NCBI GenBank assembly: GCA_964019335.1
Contig: OZ025654.1
Coordinates: 62,001-126,000, forward strand
Reading direction: 5' to 3'
Source: Diplonema japonicum
Lineage: Eukaryota > Protista > Euglenozoa: Diplonemea
DNA length: 64,000 bases
Part shown: positions 31,701 to 44,850 of the stretch, one piece after another
How positions within the stretch are numbered: the first letter of the stretch is position 1
Layout of the letters: each line of letters starts with the position of its first letter
The notes under the pieces: generated by a model
Database searches by the model: none
What the model saw: the letters and a program-made list of their open reading frames with translations, nothing else
What the model was told of the DNA's origin: nothing
Made by a program: the position numbers and the translations under genes

Positions 31701-33680
31701 GAGGGAGGGGGGATGGGAAAGGGAAAGAGAGAATAAATGCTTTCTCAGTGCAGCTCAAAAAAAGGAGGAACACCATTTTCTTTTTTTTTTCTCACCACCC
31801 GTGGGTGTGAGGTGATGGACTCTGACTGACAGAGGCACCACCTGCCACATCCCCCCCCCCCTTCCTTGCGGAAAAACAAAAAGATTTTTTCTCTTTCCTT
31901 TTTTTTTTTTTTTATATATAACTCGAGCCAGGTTTTCAAGGCTCATCCACCATGTCACGGACGCAGGGATATTACCTTTCAAACCCAGCCCTCACAAAAT
32001 AAACAACTTATCAAATGAAAAATAAGAGCAGTAGCCACATGTGGCGGTCTGGGTTCAAAGTGCTTACTACAACACTCAGCTCTGCTGGTGAAGTAAGATC
32101 TTCTTCTTTTACACCCGAAAACGTGCGACCACTTAAGCATATTTTCACTTAATAAAAAAATAGCAATTGTTGTTGTTTGTTGATGCCTTGTCTTTCATGG
32201 CATGTTTGGGGTGGCGTTCAACAAGAAAAAAAAAAAAAAAAAAAAAAAAAAAAGAAACCCAAACTTTTCCACAAAAAGAAAACAGCAATCGTAGCATGTT
32301 AATACGCCACTGTTGTAGGATCTGTGGGTAGATGTTATTCAGGGCCCTTACCCGTCCTTTTTTTTTTTTTATTTTGTGTTCCTTTTATTTCCTTTTTAAA
32401 AAGGATCAATCTAGGGGAAATGCGCCCTTTTTTTATTTGGAAGGGGGGGGGAAATTAAAAATCATGATGACATTTGTTGGGATAAGAGGGGGGAGGGGGG
32501 GAGGGGGGGCAGTTAAGTAGAAAAAAATAAAACAGTGGCACAGCGGATTGATTAGGCGGAAACCTTTTTTTTTTTTATATAAAAGTTTTGAATCTTCTCA
32601 ATATAAGGGTGTGCGTGTTTGAACAAAAAAAGATTTTGGTAGCTTTTGCTTATGTTTTTTAATGGGGGGGGTATTGAGGGCTGTATTTGTACCGTACTGG
32701 AGCGAACTTCTTTTCTGAAACATTCGGTGGTGCAGTGAAAGTAGAAGAAAAAATAGTTTAATAGACCCAACACCCTCTCAACATACCCCCTAAAAGAATC
32801 TTTTTATAATATTATTCTTGGGTTGCAAAAATGCTTTTTTTTCTTCTTTTTTTTTCTTTTTTCCCCCCCCCCCCTTTCTCCGCCGCCGAAATTATTGCCC
32901 ATAATTTTTTGCTTTCGGGGAAAAAAAGAAAAAAAAAAAAAGTTGAAAACTCTGAAAAACGTTAAATTTAAAAATATATTGCTGTAAGAAAAAAAAAGAA
33001 AAAAAAGAAAAAAAGAAAAAGAAAAAAAAAGACCTTTTTTTGTTGTAAAAAAAAGTTTTTCTTATACTTCCCCACACCTAACTACTGGGGAACTGATAGA
33101 TAATAAAAAAAAAAAAAAAAAAAAAAAAAAGGATTCCAGCGCAATATTTTTTTCAAAAAAAAAAAAAAAAAAGGAAAAGGGGGAGATACAGATAAATGTG
33201 GAAAGGAGAATTAAATGGATTAAAAAAAAAAAAAGAGTTTCTTGTCCATTTCTGCTTACATGAATATAAAAATAAAACCGAGAAGAAAAGCGAAATCAAA
33301 TAACAGAACTTAACTTAAAAAGAGGTGAAGGGAGGCACGTAAGTGAAGAGGCAAGTACTAAAGATGAAACTCCACATATTTGTTAGTACAATCGGGTTAG
33401 AAAAGACCAAGTGGGGGGGGGATGGTAAAAAAAAAAAGTAACCCTAGATGGTTTTTGTGGTCAGCAGTTCCTATCCAGCTTTATTGTGCCTATTTCCCGG
33501 GTCAAGTAACCCGTAATTATTATGTGTTGAGGAAAAAAAAACCTCTTCCCTATTTTTAGATGAACTGAAGTCCCTTGTGAGGGGGGGACACTTCGAACAA
33601 GGTAAAACTCTCAGTTCAATTTTTGAACAGGAGAAGAGTTGAGAGGAAGAGAGAAAAGCGTCGAAAAAAAAAAAAGATTA

Positions 33681-35347
33681 CTGTAAAACGAATAATGTCG
33701 GACGGAAAAATTCTCGGACAGAAAAACTCCCGGACGGAAAAACTCCCGGACACCAAAAAAACCCGGACATTTTTCCGTCCGGGAGTTTTTCTGGGAAGAA
33801 GTTTTTTTACTTAAGGGGGGTAGCAGCTCCCACCACGTTTGCCTGGAAGGGCTTTATTCCTTGTGCAGAGCCAAAATGTCACCCTGCGTGGCAGTTTGAA
33901 TTTTTCTTCCCCTTTCAATGCACCAACAAACAGCACCCACGGGATCTTTAACTTCTCATAAACCCGTACTTCTTTCGTCAAATTGACCAGTTCGACTACC
34001 CATGGCACGTTGAGCAGCTGGCTTGTGAGGGGCCCAACTTTGGTGCTGACACCCCCGGCCAGCTCACCCCCGAGAGGTGGAGGAGATAAACTCCTTACAC
34101 CGGGCCAGTACAAACCCCCGAAAGCAGCTTGGCGGCCTCTGCCTCGGTCAGAAGACGGCAGCAACAGGTTCAACAGAGCCCCCGGTTTCTTCCAGACGGA
34201 AATACTGGACGTTGCTATTCCACCCAACCACACCCTGGCCGCCGCGACGCCGTGATAGCTGCGTATCGCCCAATACGGGATTTAGCATCCTTCGGGGGCT
34301 GAAAGGTTTTTGCTTGAGTCGATAGGTAAACGGGCTTGGTGAGCCTATCCCAGCACAACAAATATGCACCTATGCAGAAGGGCTGCTGTGCGCCAATCCA
34401 GCCCGAAAGACAGACTGGTAGACTTTGGTGGGGCACTGTCCTTTTCCACTGGCTAGGCTGACAAAATTTTGCAGCAAGAAAGACAAAAGCCGCAAGCCAC
34501 CTCCGGAAAGCCCGGAAACGAGAAGGACAACGAGAAGGCACGCTGTTTCACCATGGAATTCAGGTCCATAATCGACACCCATAAAGTAAGGCCGGAATTG
34601 GTCTGGAATACGGGGTTAAAAACCAAAACAAAAAAAAGGGGTGCTAAGGTCGTAAAAGTCCGTGGCTTGGGGGACAAAACGGGCTATAACCGAACAGCTG
34701 GCTGTTTCCTTGGCTGGATGGTTAAATACAAAGGCAAAGCGGAAACGCAACCGGCAGGGATTATCCGTGCCCCGGTCAAGCACCCGCCCACCGAATGGAG
34801 CCTAACGGCATCGCCCAATCATTGGGCTAATTATGATACTCGGTATCTGGGTTACGGAGCTGTTTCTTCCTTTTTGCTATAAATCATCGATTCCCATGGT
34901 TTTGCCGAACGGGCCGATTCTGCTGCTTGTCGGCGACCACAACTCTCATACGACCTATGCCTATGGGTTCGTAGAGTGGTTCGCAGGCGCAAACGTGCAC
35001 ATTGCTTTTGTCCCCCTGGGCTCACCTACATGGTTCAACCGATGGATATTGGGTTGAACGCAGCTGTAAAGCATCTATTAAGAAAGGTAGTAGGCCACAC
35101 GAAGGCTCGACAAGCTGATTGCCTCAGGGGCAGCAAGGGAGGACAAAGATGCAGAAAGGGAACCCTGGGGGTTTCTTCGCGCGGTTGCCGTTTGCAGCCC
35201 AGGCCAGTATGTAGGTGGTAGTGGACCAGGCCCCCTGACGGCCTTACCTAAAAAAAATTCTCGGACGGAAAAACTCCCGGACGGAAAAATTCCCGGACGC
35301 CAAAAAAACTCGGACATTTTTCCGTCCGGGAGTTTTTCGTTTTACAG
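33681..35347 (+). mobile_element. Tc1/mariner-pogo (DDE_1-type) DNA transposon, frameshifted transposase
   Basis: TA|CTGTAAAACGAA..TTCGTTTTACAG|TA termini with arrays of CGGACGGAAAAACTCC subterminal repeats. Fragments PILLLVGDHNSHTT and LTYMVQPMDIGLNAAVK. Confidence 0.87.
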
Positions 35348-36217
35348 TAGTTGTGAAAAAAAAAAAAAAAAAGAAGAAATTAATTGTGAATAAAAAAAAA
35401 AAAAAAAAAAAAAAAGGGACGCTTACTGCAAAAACAAAAAACTGTCGTCAGAAAGAGTTTCGTCAGGAAATAGTTTTCGGCATTTTCTTTTTTTTTTCTT
35501 ATTTTTTTTTTTCTTCTTTTTTTTATCCCGTCCACTTTTTTTTCTTGACGAAAGAAGATTTTCAAAAATAAGTCTTAGGGGGGGGTACGCTGGGGCCGGA
35601 GCTTAAGCGCCACAAGCCTCTCCGCTTTCATCAAACTTTTCCTGGAGAAGTGCGGAGTGGGAAGTCACGAATAATCTTTTTTATTACCTATGGTAAATAC
35701 TTTTGGTCAAAAAAAAAAAACTTTTTCGTCAAGAAAATAGAAGAAGAAAAAAAAAAAGAGAGAAAAAAAAAAGAGAAAAAAAAGCAAAGGTGAGTAGAAA
35801 ATGGCAGCAAACATCATACCGAAACGAACATGATCTTGAACAAAATGTGTGAAAGGATTTTGGAATAAACACCAAAAAAATACGAAAAATGAGAAAACGG
35901 GGAACGAAAACGAGAAGGAAAGAAAAAAAAAAAAAAAAAAAAAAAAAAGGAAAACAAAATTAAGGAGTGGCGGCATGGAGCAAAGGTGTAAAAATACCTA
36001 AATAATACCGTTTCTTTTTTCTCTTTTTTTTTCTTTCTTCTATTTTCTTTTTTTTTTTTATAAATAGGAGCTTGTCCGGGAAAATAAGAAAAACGAGGGG
36101 TTTCAAAAAAACCATGTTTTGAATATTTGAGCCAAATTGAGCAAAAGAAAAAAAGGGGGGGGGGGGAGCACGCACACCATCCTTGCTGAGTGCGTGTTTT
36201 CTGGACGAACTCCTAAA

Positions 36218-36338
36218 AAAGAGGAACTGGCCGTTATTTGTACGTGCCGGGTAAAAACCTGGAGAAGTTTGTAAACCCGAAACACGTTGCCAACGTTCCC
36301 CTATTGTTTAGACAAGTCAAACTCGACTCGTTCTTGCA
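36218..36338 (+). repeat. Dispersed repeat family D (~120 bp; copies at 48968-49086 and, partially, 55745-55810)
   Basis: Shared gaggaactggccgtt.tttgtacgtgccgggtaaaa..cccgaaacacgttgccaacgttcccc..tttagacaagtcaaa. Confidence 0.8.
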
Positions 36339-36937
36339 AAAAAAAAAAAAAAAAAGAGTCGGTTTATTGTAGTTTGTGCACAGCCGGGCCTGCAGAAGGA
36401 TATGCCCAACAATGCCACCATTACTCTTTTTAGCACTAGGGGGGGGGTAGGGTTTTAAGGAAGAACCGAAAGGCTTTGAAATACTATACACTTTTAGCCC
36501 AACGACCCCGAGTTGAAGAAAGTAATTTTGGAAGGAAAAAAAAAACCCCCCGAGTCATGATCCACTTACAGTGTATTTTGTTGCCGATCTTTCTTTTCCT
36601 TTTTTTTTTTTTTTTCATTCTCTCTTTCTCTCTTTTCTTCTTTTCCCTACCCCCCCTTTTTTTTTCTCTTTTTATAATCCTTACTGTGTTGAAAATAAAA
36701 ATAAAAAAATAATAATTATCCTGTTGGTACGATTCTTTTTTTTTTCTTTCAGAAAAAAAAAAAAAAAAAGTGAAGAGAGAGATAGAAATACCGTATTTCT
36801 TTTCAAAAGATTCTTTTATTCCCACCCTTTTCTTTTTTTTTTTTTATAGTTTAGAATACGGTTTTTTGGATTAAGATAAAGTCTCACAATCTATTTTTTT
36901 TGTACAAAGAGGCTGGCTTCGAGTTTAGAAGATGGAC

Positions 36938-36991
36938 ATGACCTCGTCCGGAAAAAAGAAAAAAAAATGTCAACAAATGATGATTACCATT

Positions 36992-37027
<36 letters not shown>

Positions 37028-37238
37028 GTTCGAGCCCTAAAAAGAAAAAAAAAAAAAATCGGGAACTCTAGTCACCTTTACACAAGTGCGCTTTAACACA
37101 ATTCTTGTATACCCAAATGGCCTAGAGGTACGCTGAAGCATATCACTCAGCGCAGGAAAAGAAAGCAACAGCGATGCTCCTAGTACACTTATCTTCCCAA
37201 TCTTTTGTTGACATTTTCTAATATCCGGCCGATGTCAG
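36938..37238. mobile_element. Degenerate TIR element, family C
   Basis: ATGACCTCGTCCGGAAAA..ATGTCAACAAA at left and TTTGTTGACATTTT..TCCGGCCGATGTCA at right. Confidence 0.45.
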
Positions 37239-37707
37239 ATAGAGATAAATCCCTCCCCCAAAGGGAAAAAGAAGTCGAAATAGGGAGGGGGTGGGGGGAC
37301 AGCTAGCCAACCTCGAAAAGAAATCTGAAGTAGTTGAAACTGTAAACGTGCTTTTTCTTGCACACAAACACCTTTCCTTTTTTTTTTTTTTCTTTATTTC
37401 CTTCAACAAATAAAAGGGAAGGGGGGGGGGGGGGATGAACAGGAGAAAAGTTTGCGATAATAGAACAAAAAAAAAAAAAAAGAAAAAAAAAAAAAAAAAA
37501 AGAGAGAGGAAAAAATGAAATAAGTCTTTGGTTAAATAGCTAGCTTTTACATGTTTGGGATAAACAGAGAAACCTTTTGTTGGTGCTCTCCTATGTCCCC
37601 AGTCATTTATTTCGCTTTTTTTCCCGTTTTTTTTTTTTTTTTCTTCTTTTGTTTGTTCTTCCCCTATTTTTTCTCCGTGTGTCCTATCGCTGGCAAGACA
37701 CCTTTGG

Positions 37708-37738
<31 letters not shown>

Positions 37739-38998
37739 TCTTTCTCCTTCCAGCAACAACAACATAAAAAAAAAAAAAGTAGTAGTTTTTCCAAAAAAAA
37801 AAAAAAAAAAAAAAAAAAAACAGAATTCACAAGTTCACGTCGTCCAGTCCTTGTTGCTAAATAAATAAAATACAAAAAAAAAAAAAAAAAAAAAGTGAAA
37901 CCAAAGGTTTTACCAGCAAAAGGAATAGAGGGAAGCCTTCCCTATAAAAAAATATAGTAATAATAAAAAAAAGATGTCCATAATCGAAATACTGCCAAAA
38001 GGGAAGGAACAAAAAAAATAAAAAAATGGGAGATCAGGAATACAAAGGCTGTTAAAAGGAATTATAATAAAACAGTCTTCCAGACGCTCCCACCAGCTGT
38101 GTGTTTCCCAGCCAGATAATAAAAAGTAGAATAAACTAAGCCTGCCCCAGCTTTTACAAAGGTGAAATGTCTATTTCTCACACCCCCCCCGTTGCCACCC
38201 TTCTATGTAGATCTTTTTAACTATTCACCTTTAAAAAGAAGTAGACAGAATGGGTGGGGAGTGGGTGAAAATTGCCCTATGTAATCAAAGTATGCCAGGG
38301 GGCAATGATAAGAGTAAAAAGAAAATATGGGAGGAAAGGTACATAAGGAGAAGAAAAAGAGAAGAAAAAATATATATAAAAAAAAAAAAAAAGAAAAAGA
38401 AAAGAGAAAAAAAAAGCACACAAAAAAAAAAAAAAAAAGAAATGAAAGGAGACGACCTAGTGTTCAGAGTCTAAAGCCTCTTTGTTTTTCTTTCCTTTTT
38501 TTCTTCTCCTTATCTCAACTTTTTACACTAGGCACATTTCTTTTTTTTTTTTTTTTTTTTTTGTGTGTGTTTTTTTTCTTTTTTTCTTTCCCTTTCTTTT
38601 TATCCCCTGAACGCCCAAGCGTGTCCTTATTTCAAATTTGCTTTTTCGCTAGACCTTAAATCACACACCTCCGAGACCATGGATGGAAGGTACATATGTT
38701 ACGTGTTCTCATCTGATTCTGGCACCTGGAATTAAAAATTTTAGTACCATTTACCCTTTCTTTGTATCTTCTTATGGTTGCATGCTGCCCTTTTTTTGAG
38801 CATTCAAAGCAACAATGAAAATGGGGTACCGTAGATAGGCTCCGGGCGTTTAGAGGTTACTTTTTTTTTTTTTTAAAAGATTTTTTCCCCCTCTCTTTTT
38901 AGTGCATGTGGAAGAAAGAAAGAAAAAAAAAAGAAAGAATATTGTAAACCAAGAAAATATTTCAGTGATTCGCGAAAAAAAAAGTGAAATTTCTTTTG

Positions 38999-39036
<38 letters not shown>

Positions 39037-41312
39037 TTGGCTTTGTTCTAGGCCTTATACCTTGGGTTTTCTAGACAAGGAAAGAAACATGTCAAATGGC
39101 AAAACAGTTGCCATTCGATATGTTTCATTCATTCATGTTTGTCATTTTCCGGTGATTCGATTTCTTGGTTTACAGAGGGAAAAAAAGAAAAAGAGAAAAA
39201 AAGGAGCATCTTCATTTTTTTTTTTTTTATTTTTCCTTTTTACTTTTTTTTTACTTTTTTGAGAGAGCAAAAGAAAACAGAACACCACATAGTGGTAGGA
39301 AGAATAGAAAAAAGTAAAAAAAAAAATGGAAAAAAAAAAATGAACAATTAAAAAAAAAAAAAAAAAAAGTACCTGAAAGTATATAGTGAGACGATGGAGG
39401 GGAAGAGTAGTGGATGGAGGGGGTGGCATTTTAGGAATATTGCTCAGCAAACTCGGGAAGGGGGCCCCACACCCTGCGAAACCAATCCATTTTTTGACAT
39501 GAAAAAAAAAAGAAGAAAAGAGCAAATGTGAAAAACTCGAAAGTAAAATGAAATGCTTATCAAAAATTGCATAACAAGGTCACCGTTCCGCACCGAGGCC
39601 GCTAAGGCTCTCTTCACCAGCAAGAAGTGTGGGTTTGATTAGGGAAATTTAGGTTAAAAAATTTTTTTAGCTGTTTATTTTTCAGTGGTTCACTTTTTAT
39701 TTTTTATTTTTATTTTTTTAAAATAAAAATTTCCCTGTTCTTTTTTTTGTTTTGATTTGTCCCCCCCCCCCCTCCGTGTAGCGAAAGCGGTACCAGTTTC
39801 GGTATCGGTATCAAAAAAAAAAAAAAAATGCCACAAGAAAAAAGAAGAAAAGAAATGAAGAAATAGGGGAAGCCCTCCTTTTCCTTTGTTGGCAGTGCTC
39901 TTAAAACAGGTCAGAGCACACCGCAAAGTAAATAAAAAAAAGAGGGGGGAGAGGGAGTATATTTCTTTTTTTTTTTCCCCTTTACTTTTCTTTTACCCCC
40001 CACTACCCCAGTGAATAAAAGTAGATACAAAAAAGATTTTATTTCTAAAAAAACTTAGAAACCCCCCTTCCCCATCTTCCTCCACCCAAACCTGTAGGGT
40101 TTCCATTCACATTTAACACAGGAAGGTGCAGGTCGTACGGAATAAAAAAAACTTTTTTTTTTTGCAACTTCTTTTATATTTATTTATTTTTTAATTTTTT
40201 TTCTTTTTTTTTTTTTTTTACGGGGAGTGTTTTTTAACTTTTAATTCAAAAAAAAGTATTCAGACTTTTAAACCAAAAATAAACACGACACACGAAGGAG
40301 GGCAATGGGAGGCCCATCCCCCCTCTCAAGAAAAGGAAACCTGAAACAGAGAGAAAAACTGAGAACCAAAAAAAAATTTTTTTTTTCTCCCTCTTCTTCT
40401 TCATCTCTCATCTTTTTTTTTGCTTTTCTTTTTTTTTTTTTTTTTTATAAATTTGGAGATCACTCAACAACAAAATGCAAAACTTGTGCAAATTGGGGGG
40501 GGGAAAAAAAAGACAACACAAAAAAAGGGAGGGGGGGGGGGGGGGGGTGGGAGATGATAAAAAGTTCAGTGTGCCGGGATTGCGCACTGTTCATCAAAAT
40601 GAAGCAATGATATGTTTGGTAAAATGTTTAAAAAAAAACAACTTGCTAAAGTTGAGGTTGCGGGTTTCAGGAAAAAAAAAAAAAAAAAAAAAAAAGAAAT
40701 GACAATAAAATAAAATTATGGGGGAATTTCTAAATAAGGGGGTCAAAATTGTACTCTGGCGCACGAGGGGTTCTTGTGCCTCTGGTTCCTCCATCAAGGG
40801 CTGTTCAGGCATGTTTACTCAGCAATTGAGAATTGTTGGTACATTACGTGCGTTCGCACCCAAACGATTCTGACCCCAATTTAGAAATTAACCCAAATTA
40901 AAAAAAAGCGGGGGTGTTTTTTTCTTTCTTCTTCTTCATAATAAATATTTACCGCTCTCAGTGCACTACGTGTACTTCAGGGCGTCAGCATGAGATAACC
41001 TTTTCTTCTCACTCCCCTATTTTTTTTTTTTTAAACATTTCTTTTTATTTTTTTCCAAAAAACAAAAAAAAAAAATGTAGAGAACGAAAAAAAAAAAAAA
41101 AAAAAACATAAAAAAAATCGAAGACTATTTTATTTCTTTTCATTCTTTTTCTTTTTTTCTTCTTCTTTTTTTTTTTCTTTCCTCCTCGATATTCCCATCC
41201 CACCTTTTTTTCATGTTTTGTGGGCACATCAAAGATGCGACACGAAAAAAAGGAAGAAATGAAAAAAATATCAGAAAAGAAAAAAAAATTCTTTCTTTTT
41301 TTCCCCTTTCAT

Positions 41313-41837
41313 TTACCACTCGTAAGGGTTGTGGCAGTACGACCCTGTTCTGTGGTTCACAGGGTCAGAGAGACAGGAAGAGGACTTCTGAGAATGGGAT
41401 TGGGGGGATACAGACCTCAGTTGGGGGACACAGGCCTCCTCTTCCTCTTGAGGGGAAGGGGGGCAAATCTGCATGAGTGAGGATTGCGTGAGCTTGTTGT
41501 TGCAAGTGCTTTGCTTCTCCCTAGTGCAGAGCGACAGCTTCCTGCTGTTGATGTGGAGTCTCCAGCAGGCATCGCCCTTCTTGCATCCTTCTTTCGTGCG
41601 GAAGAATTTGCAGTACATAACTTCCCAGATGATGCCTACAGGGGCGCGCCATTGTCCCTCGCACACCCTGCACCTCAGTGTCATAAGCCCTCTCACCACT
41701 CGCACGTTGTCCCAGTCGTTGTGCTCACACACCACACTGCCCATAGCCCGCTCAATCTCTTCTCTCCCGTACTTCTCCGTCACAAGCTTTTCGCATGCTG
41801 CCGCCATCTTAGTGCTCTTCGAGACGTCGGTGACCAT
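41313..41837 (-). CDS. Small CCCH zinc-finger protein with an additional CxHNxWDNVR..CxxC motif (paralog 1)
   Basis: C-x8-C-x5-C-x3-H finger (CKFFRTKEGCKKGDACWRLH); ATG at 41837 (MVTDVSK). Confidence 0.75.
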   Translation of the reverse strand: MVTDVSKSTKMAAACEKLVTEKYGREEIERAMGSVVCEHNDWDNVRVVRGLMTLRCRVCEGQWRAPVGIIWEVMYCKFFRTKEGCKKGDACWRLHINSRKLSLCTREKQSTCNNKLTQSSLMQICPPSPQEEEEACVPQLRSVSPQSHSQKSSSCLSDPVNHRTGSYCHNPYEW

Positions 41838-41970
41838 TTTTTTCGGAATCTTCTTTTTTTTTTTTTTTTTGAAAGAAAGATAAGAAGAATAGACAAAACC
41901 TTTTTTTTTTTTTTTTTTTTTTTCTCCCAGATACTCAGACAAAAAAAAAAGAAAAGAAGAATAAGAAGAA

Positions 41971-42136
41971 TATAAGAGATAAAGGAGGCCAGTGTTGGCG
42001 TCCAACGCAAACACCGTCTATTTGATTACAGGTGGGGGCGCATCTCGGCCGAGTTGTAGCTTTTTTTGCGTCGTGTCCTTAATGCGTGCGGTGTACAACT
42101 CAACCCCAGGGTAGCCAAGAGATTCTGCGCCCGTGC
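41971..42136 (-). repeat. Retroposon-like repeat family E1, truncated copy
   Basis: Matches 44510-44697 (taaaggaggcc.gtgttggcg..gattacagg..cttaatgcgtgcggtgtaca). Confidence 0.7.
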
Positions 42137-42924
42137 AAAAAAATAAAAATAAAAAAGTAATAAATAAATAAAAGAACAAAATGTGCAGAAACGAAAGAAG
42201 TAAAAAAAAAAAAAAAAAAAAAAAAAGGAGGGGGATAGGTGGGGAAGGGGGTAAAAAGTTCACCAATGATGTGGAATGGTGTTGTACTTTTCTGCCCCCG
42301 CCCCCCCCCTCTTAAAGTACCCCCTTTCCAAAAAGAATGGAACTAACTGCAGTATGTGATCGTAAACAAAAAATCCAGGCAGGGGGATGAGGGAAAGGAA
42401 TCTGCTTTTGCGTGACAAAGAACTTTATAAGCGCTGTGAATAGGGTATGCTACACCACCCCTTGACTAGAAGGCTTCCCAAGTTCAATATGGCTGAAGAG
42501 AGAGACTGATTTCACTACTCATATTTTGGCATGAAGGCGAAAAGAAAAATGTAGTATTGCTTTACTTAAAAAAGAAGATTTAAGGCCAGCATCTCGACAA
42601 AAATCTTTTTTTTTTTTTTGCCTCCTCAGTACTCGTATAGGTATTCTTTTCTTTCTTTTTTTTCTTTTCTTTTTTTTTTTTTTAAAAAAAAAAAGAGGGA
42701 AAAAAAGAGAAAAAAAGAAGAAGCGACCATCGGGAAGCGCTGGATGTCAACAAAAAAAAAAAAAAAAAAAAAAGAGATCATTTCTATTCACAAGAAAAAT
42801 TATTTTCAAATAAAAAAAAATATTTAAAAAAAAATAATTAAAAAAGGTGAAAATACCCTAACTTCTAAGAGAAAAGGAAAGATTTTCGATCCCCTCTCCC
42901 GTATAACCCTAATTTCCAAAAATG

Positions 42925-43210
42925 TGTAGTGCTAGCAGCTGTGGAACAGAACGGAGTAGCACTGAAGCATGTAAAGCGATACTTTGGGGATGACAGGGAT
43001 GTTGCCATGGTTGCGTGCTTGAGTGGCGGGTGGCCGCACATCTCCGAAAGGTTAAAGGGGGACAAGAAGCTCGCCATGCGGTGCAGCACACGACGGGGGG
43101 ATTCTCAAGAAGCTCAGCACAAGTCTGAAGAACGACGAAGAGGTGGCATCGGTCGCCAGTAAGAGGAATTCTATCTTCGGACCTTCTTCAAGGTACTACC
43201 GACCAGCTGC
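42925..43210 (+). pseudogene. DUF4116-repeat-like fragment, frameshifted
   Basis: VLAAVEQNGVALKHV..DDRDVAM..SERLKGDKKL and, after a frameshift, LSTSLKNDEEVA resemble DUF4116 repeat units. Confidence 0.5.
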
Positions 43211-43405
43211 CATGGTGCTGAATCTTAAGAAAACAGGCCGCACAGAAGAACTATCGAACTGATGACAAAAACCATCAAGTTTTTGGCATCGGTTCGATTT
43301 AAAGTTACCTACTTTTGTGTCGAAAATCCCTACCCTACCCCCCCTCAAAAACTACTACTTCATCTTCTGACCGCGGTCCTATTCATATCTTACACTACAG
43401 GAGAA

Positions 43406-44100
43406 ATGAATGGTGCTTTTGCACTCCTTTTATTGGTGAGCACGGCATCTAGTGTTACATTTAGCAGGTCGTACACGAAGACGTGCACCTACATCAATGA
43501 AGGCAGTTCGTGCGATTTCACAATTGACTCTTCGCACGGAGCTGGTAAGATACAGATTACAAGAATAAAAATCGGGAATGTGGACAGACAACGGAGCTTT
43601 TTCGGTTGGCGTGGTTATGGGACTGGCTCAGATGCGGACTGGAAGATCAGCTGGTGTGGGTCATCAGTTACGGAGCAGTGTAGGGATACTAGTTTGCTAG
43701 GTTGCAGAGTACTATGACCTTCCTGTGGGTACTCCCAACAGCGGCCCCTCCCACAATAGCACCAACTGCGATTCCAACAGCTGCGCCCCCTACGACAGTC
43801 CCAACCGCAGTTCCAACAGCGGCGCCCCCCACTCAGGCCCCGACTGCAAACCCCACTGGAGCCCCTCCTACTTCAGCACCTACAGCCATTCCCACTGGGG
43901 CTCCTCCTACTCTGGTTCCGACCGACATCCCAACAGCTGTGCCCGGCACTACTGTCACACCTACCGCAGTGCCAACTGTGGCACCTCCGACTGTGGTGCC
44001 GACGGCCCTTCCCACCGGGGCTCCTCCTACTCTGGTTCCAACTGCAAACCCCACTGTGGCCCCCCCACTACTGAGGTCGTTGTTCATCTCTTGGCTCCAG
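43406..44100 (+). pseudogene. Secreted or surface protein with Pro/Thr (PTAAPPT) mucin-like repeats, interrupted near 43715
   Basis: Signal peptide MNGAFALLLLVSTASS and a Cys-containing domain, then a frame change into about nine 12-aa PTxxPTxAPPT repeats. Confidence 0.55.
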
Positions 44101-44508
44101 GCAAAACCTTTCATGGTAACCCCGAGCTCGGTAGGGGATTCTCTTAAGTGTGAGGGACTGCAGGAACTTCAGTGTGAAAATGGCTCCCCTTGTTCAGCCA
44201 AAAAAAAATGTTTCAATAATATTCTTGCTTATGTTCCCAGACAGCTCAAGAAAAGTGCAATGCTAACCCCGGTGGCTTTTTCTTTTTTTTTCCCTTTCCC
44301 ATTTTTTTTTGCCTTTTTTTTTGTTTACAACAGTTTCACAACATTGAAAAAAGAACAAAAAGGAAGGGGGGGAGGGGGGGGTCCTATTTTTTTCTTCTCC
44401 CCCCGTTTTTCTGTCAGCTGAGTGTGGCTAAGACCATCGTGGGCACTCGTTGTCTGTTGTCCAGCTATCCGAGGACATCAAAGACTTTTACCTCACAACA
44501 CAAAATAA

Positions 44509-44850
44509 ATATATATGAGTTAAAGGAGGCCGGTGTTGGCGGCGCCCTGCACAAGAACTGTCTACTTGATTACAGGGGGCGCACCGCGGCCGAGTTGTAG
44601 CTTCTTCTGCGTTCCGCGTCGTGTCCTTAATGCGTGCGGTGTACAGCTCAACCCCAGCCGGGACGTCCCGGGTAACCAAGATTCTGCGCTCGTGCAGTTT
44701 GCTGCCTGTTCGTCACCCTGAGCATCTGCGTTACGTTCTTCCACTCGGGCGCTACCGGTGATGACCGACGAGGAGGTCAACAGCGAACAACACATCTGAT
44801 GTTTTCCTTATATTTTCATGTTATCCCCACCACCTTTTTTAAATAAAAAG
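44509..44850 (-). repeat. Retroposon-like repeat family E1, longest copy, (AT)n at 3' end
   Basis: Ends CCTCCTTTAACTC(AT)n on the minus strand; homologous to 41971-42136 and 49830-49970. Confidence 0.7.

Noticed and set aside
33690-33795. Short regularly repeated motifs resembling a CRISPR array (also 48380-48450)
   Set aside because: No unique spacers; these are transposon subterminal or tandem micro-repeats, and there is no cas operon. The Cas4-like fold in DUF2779 is not CRISPR evidence.
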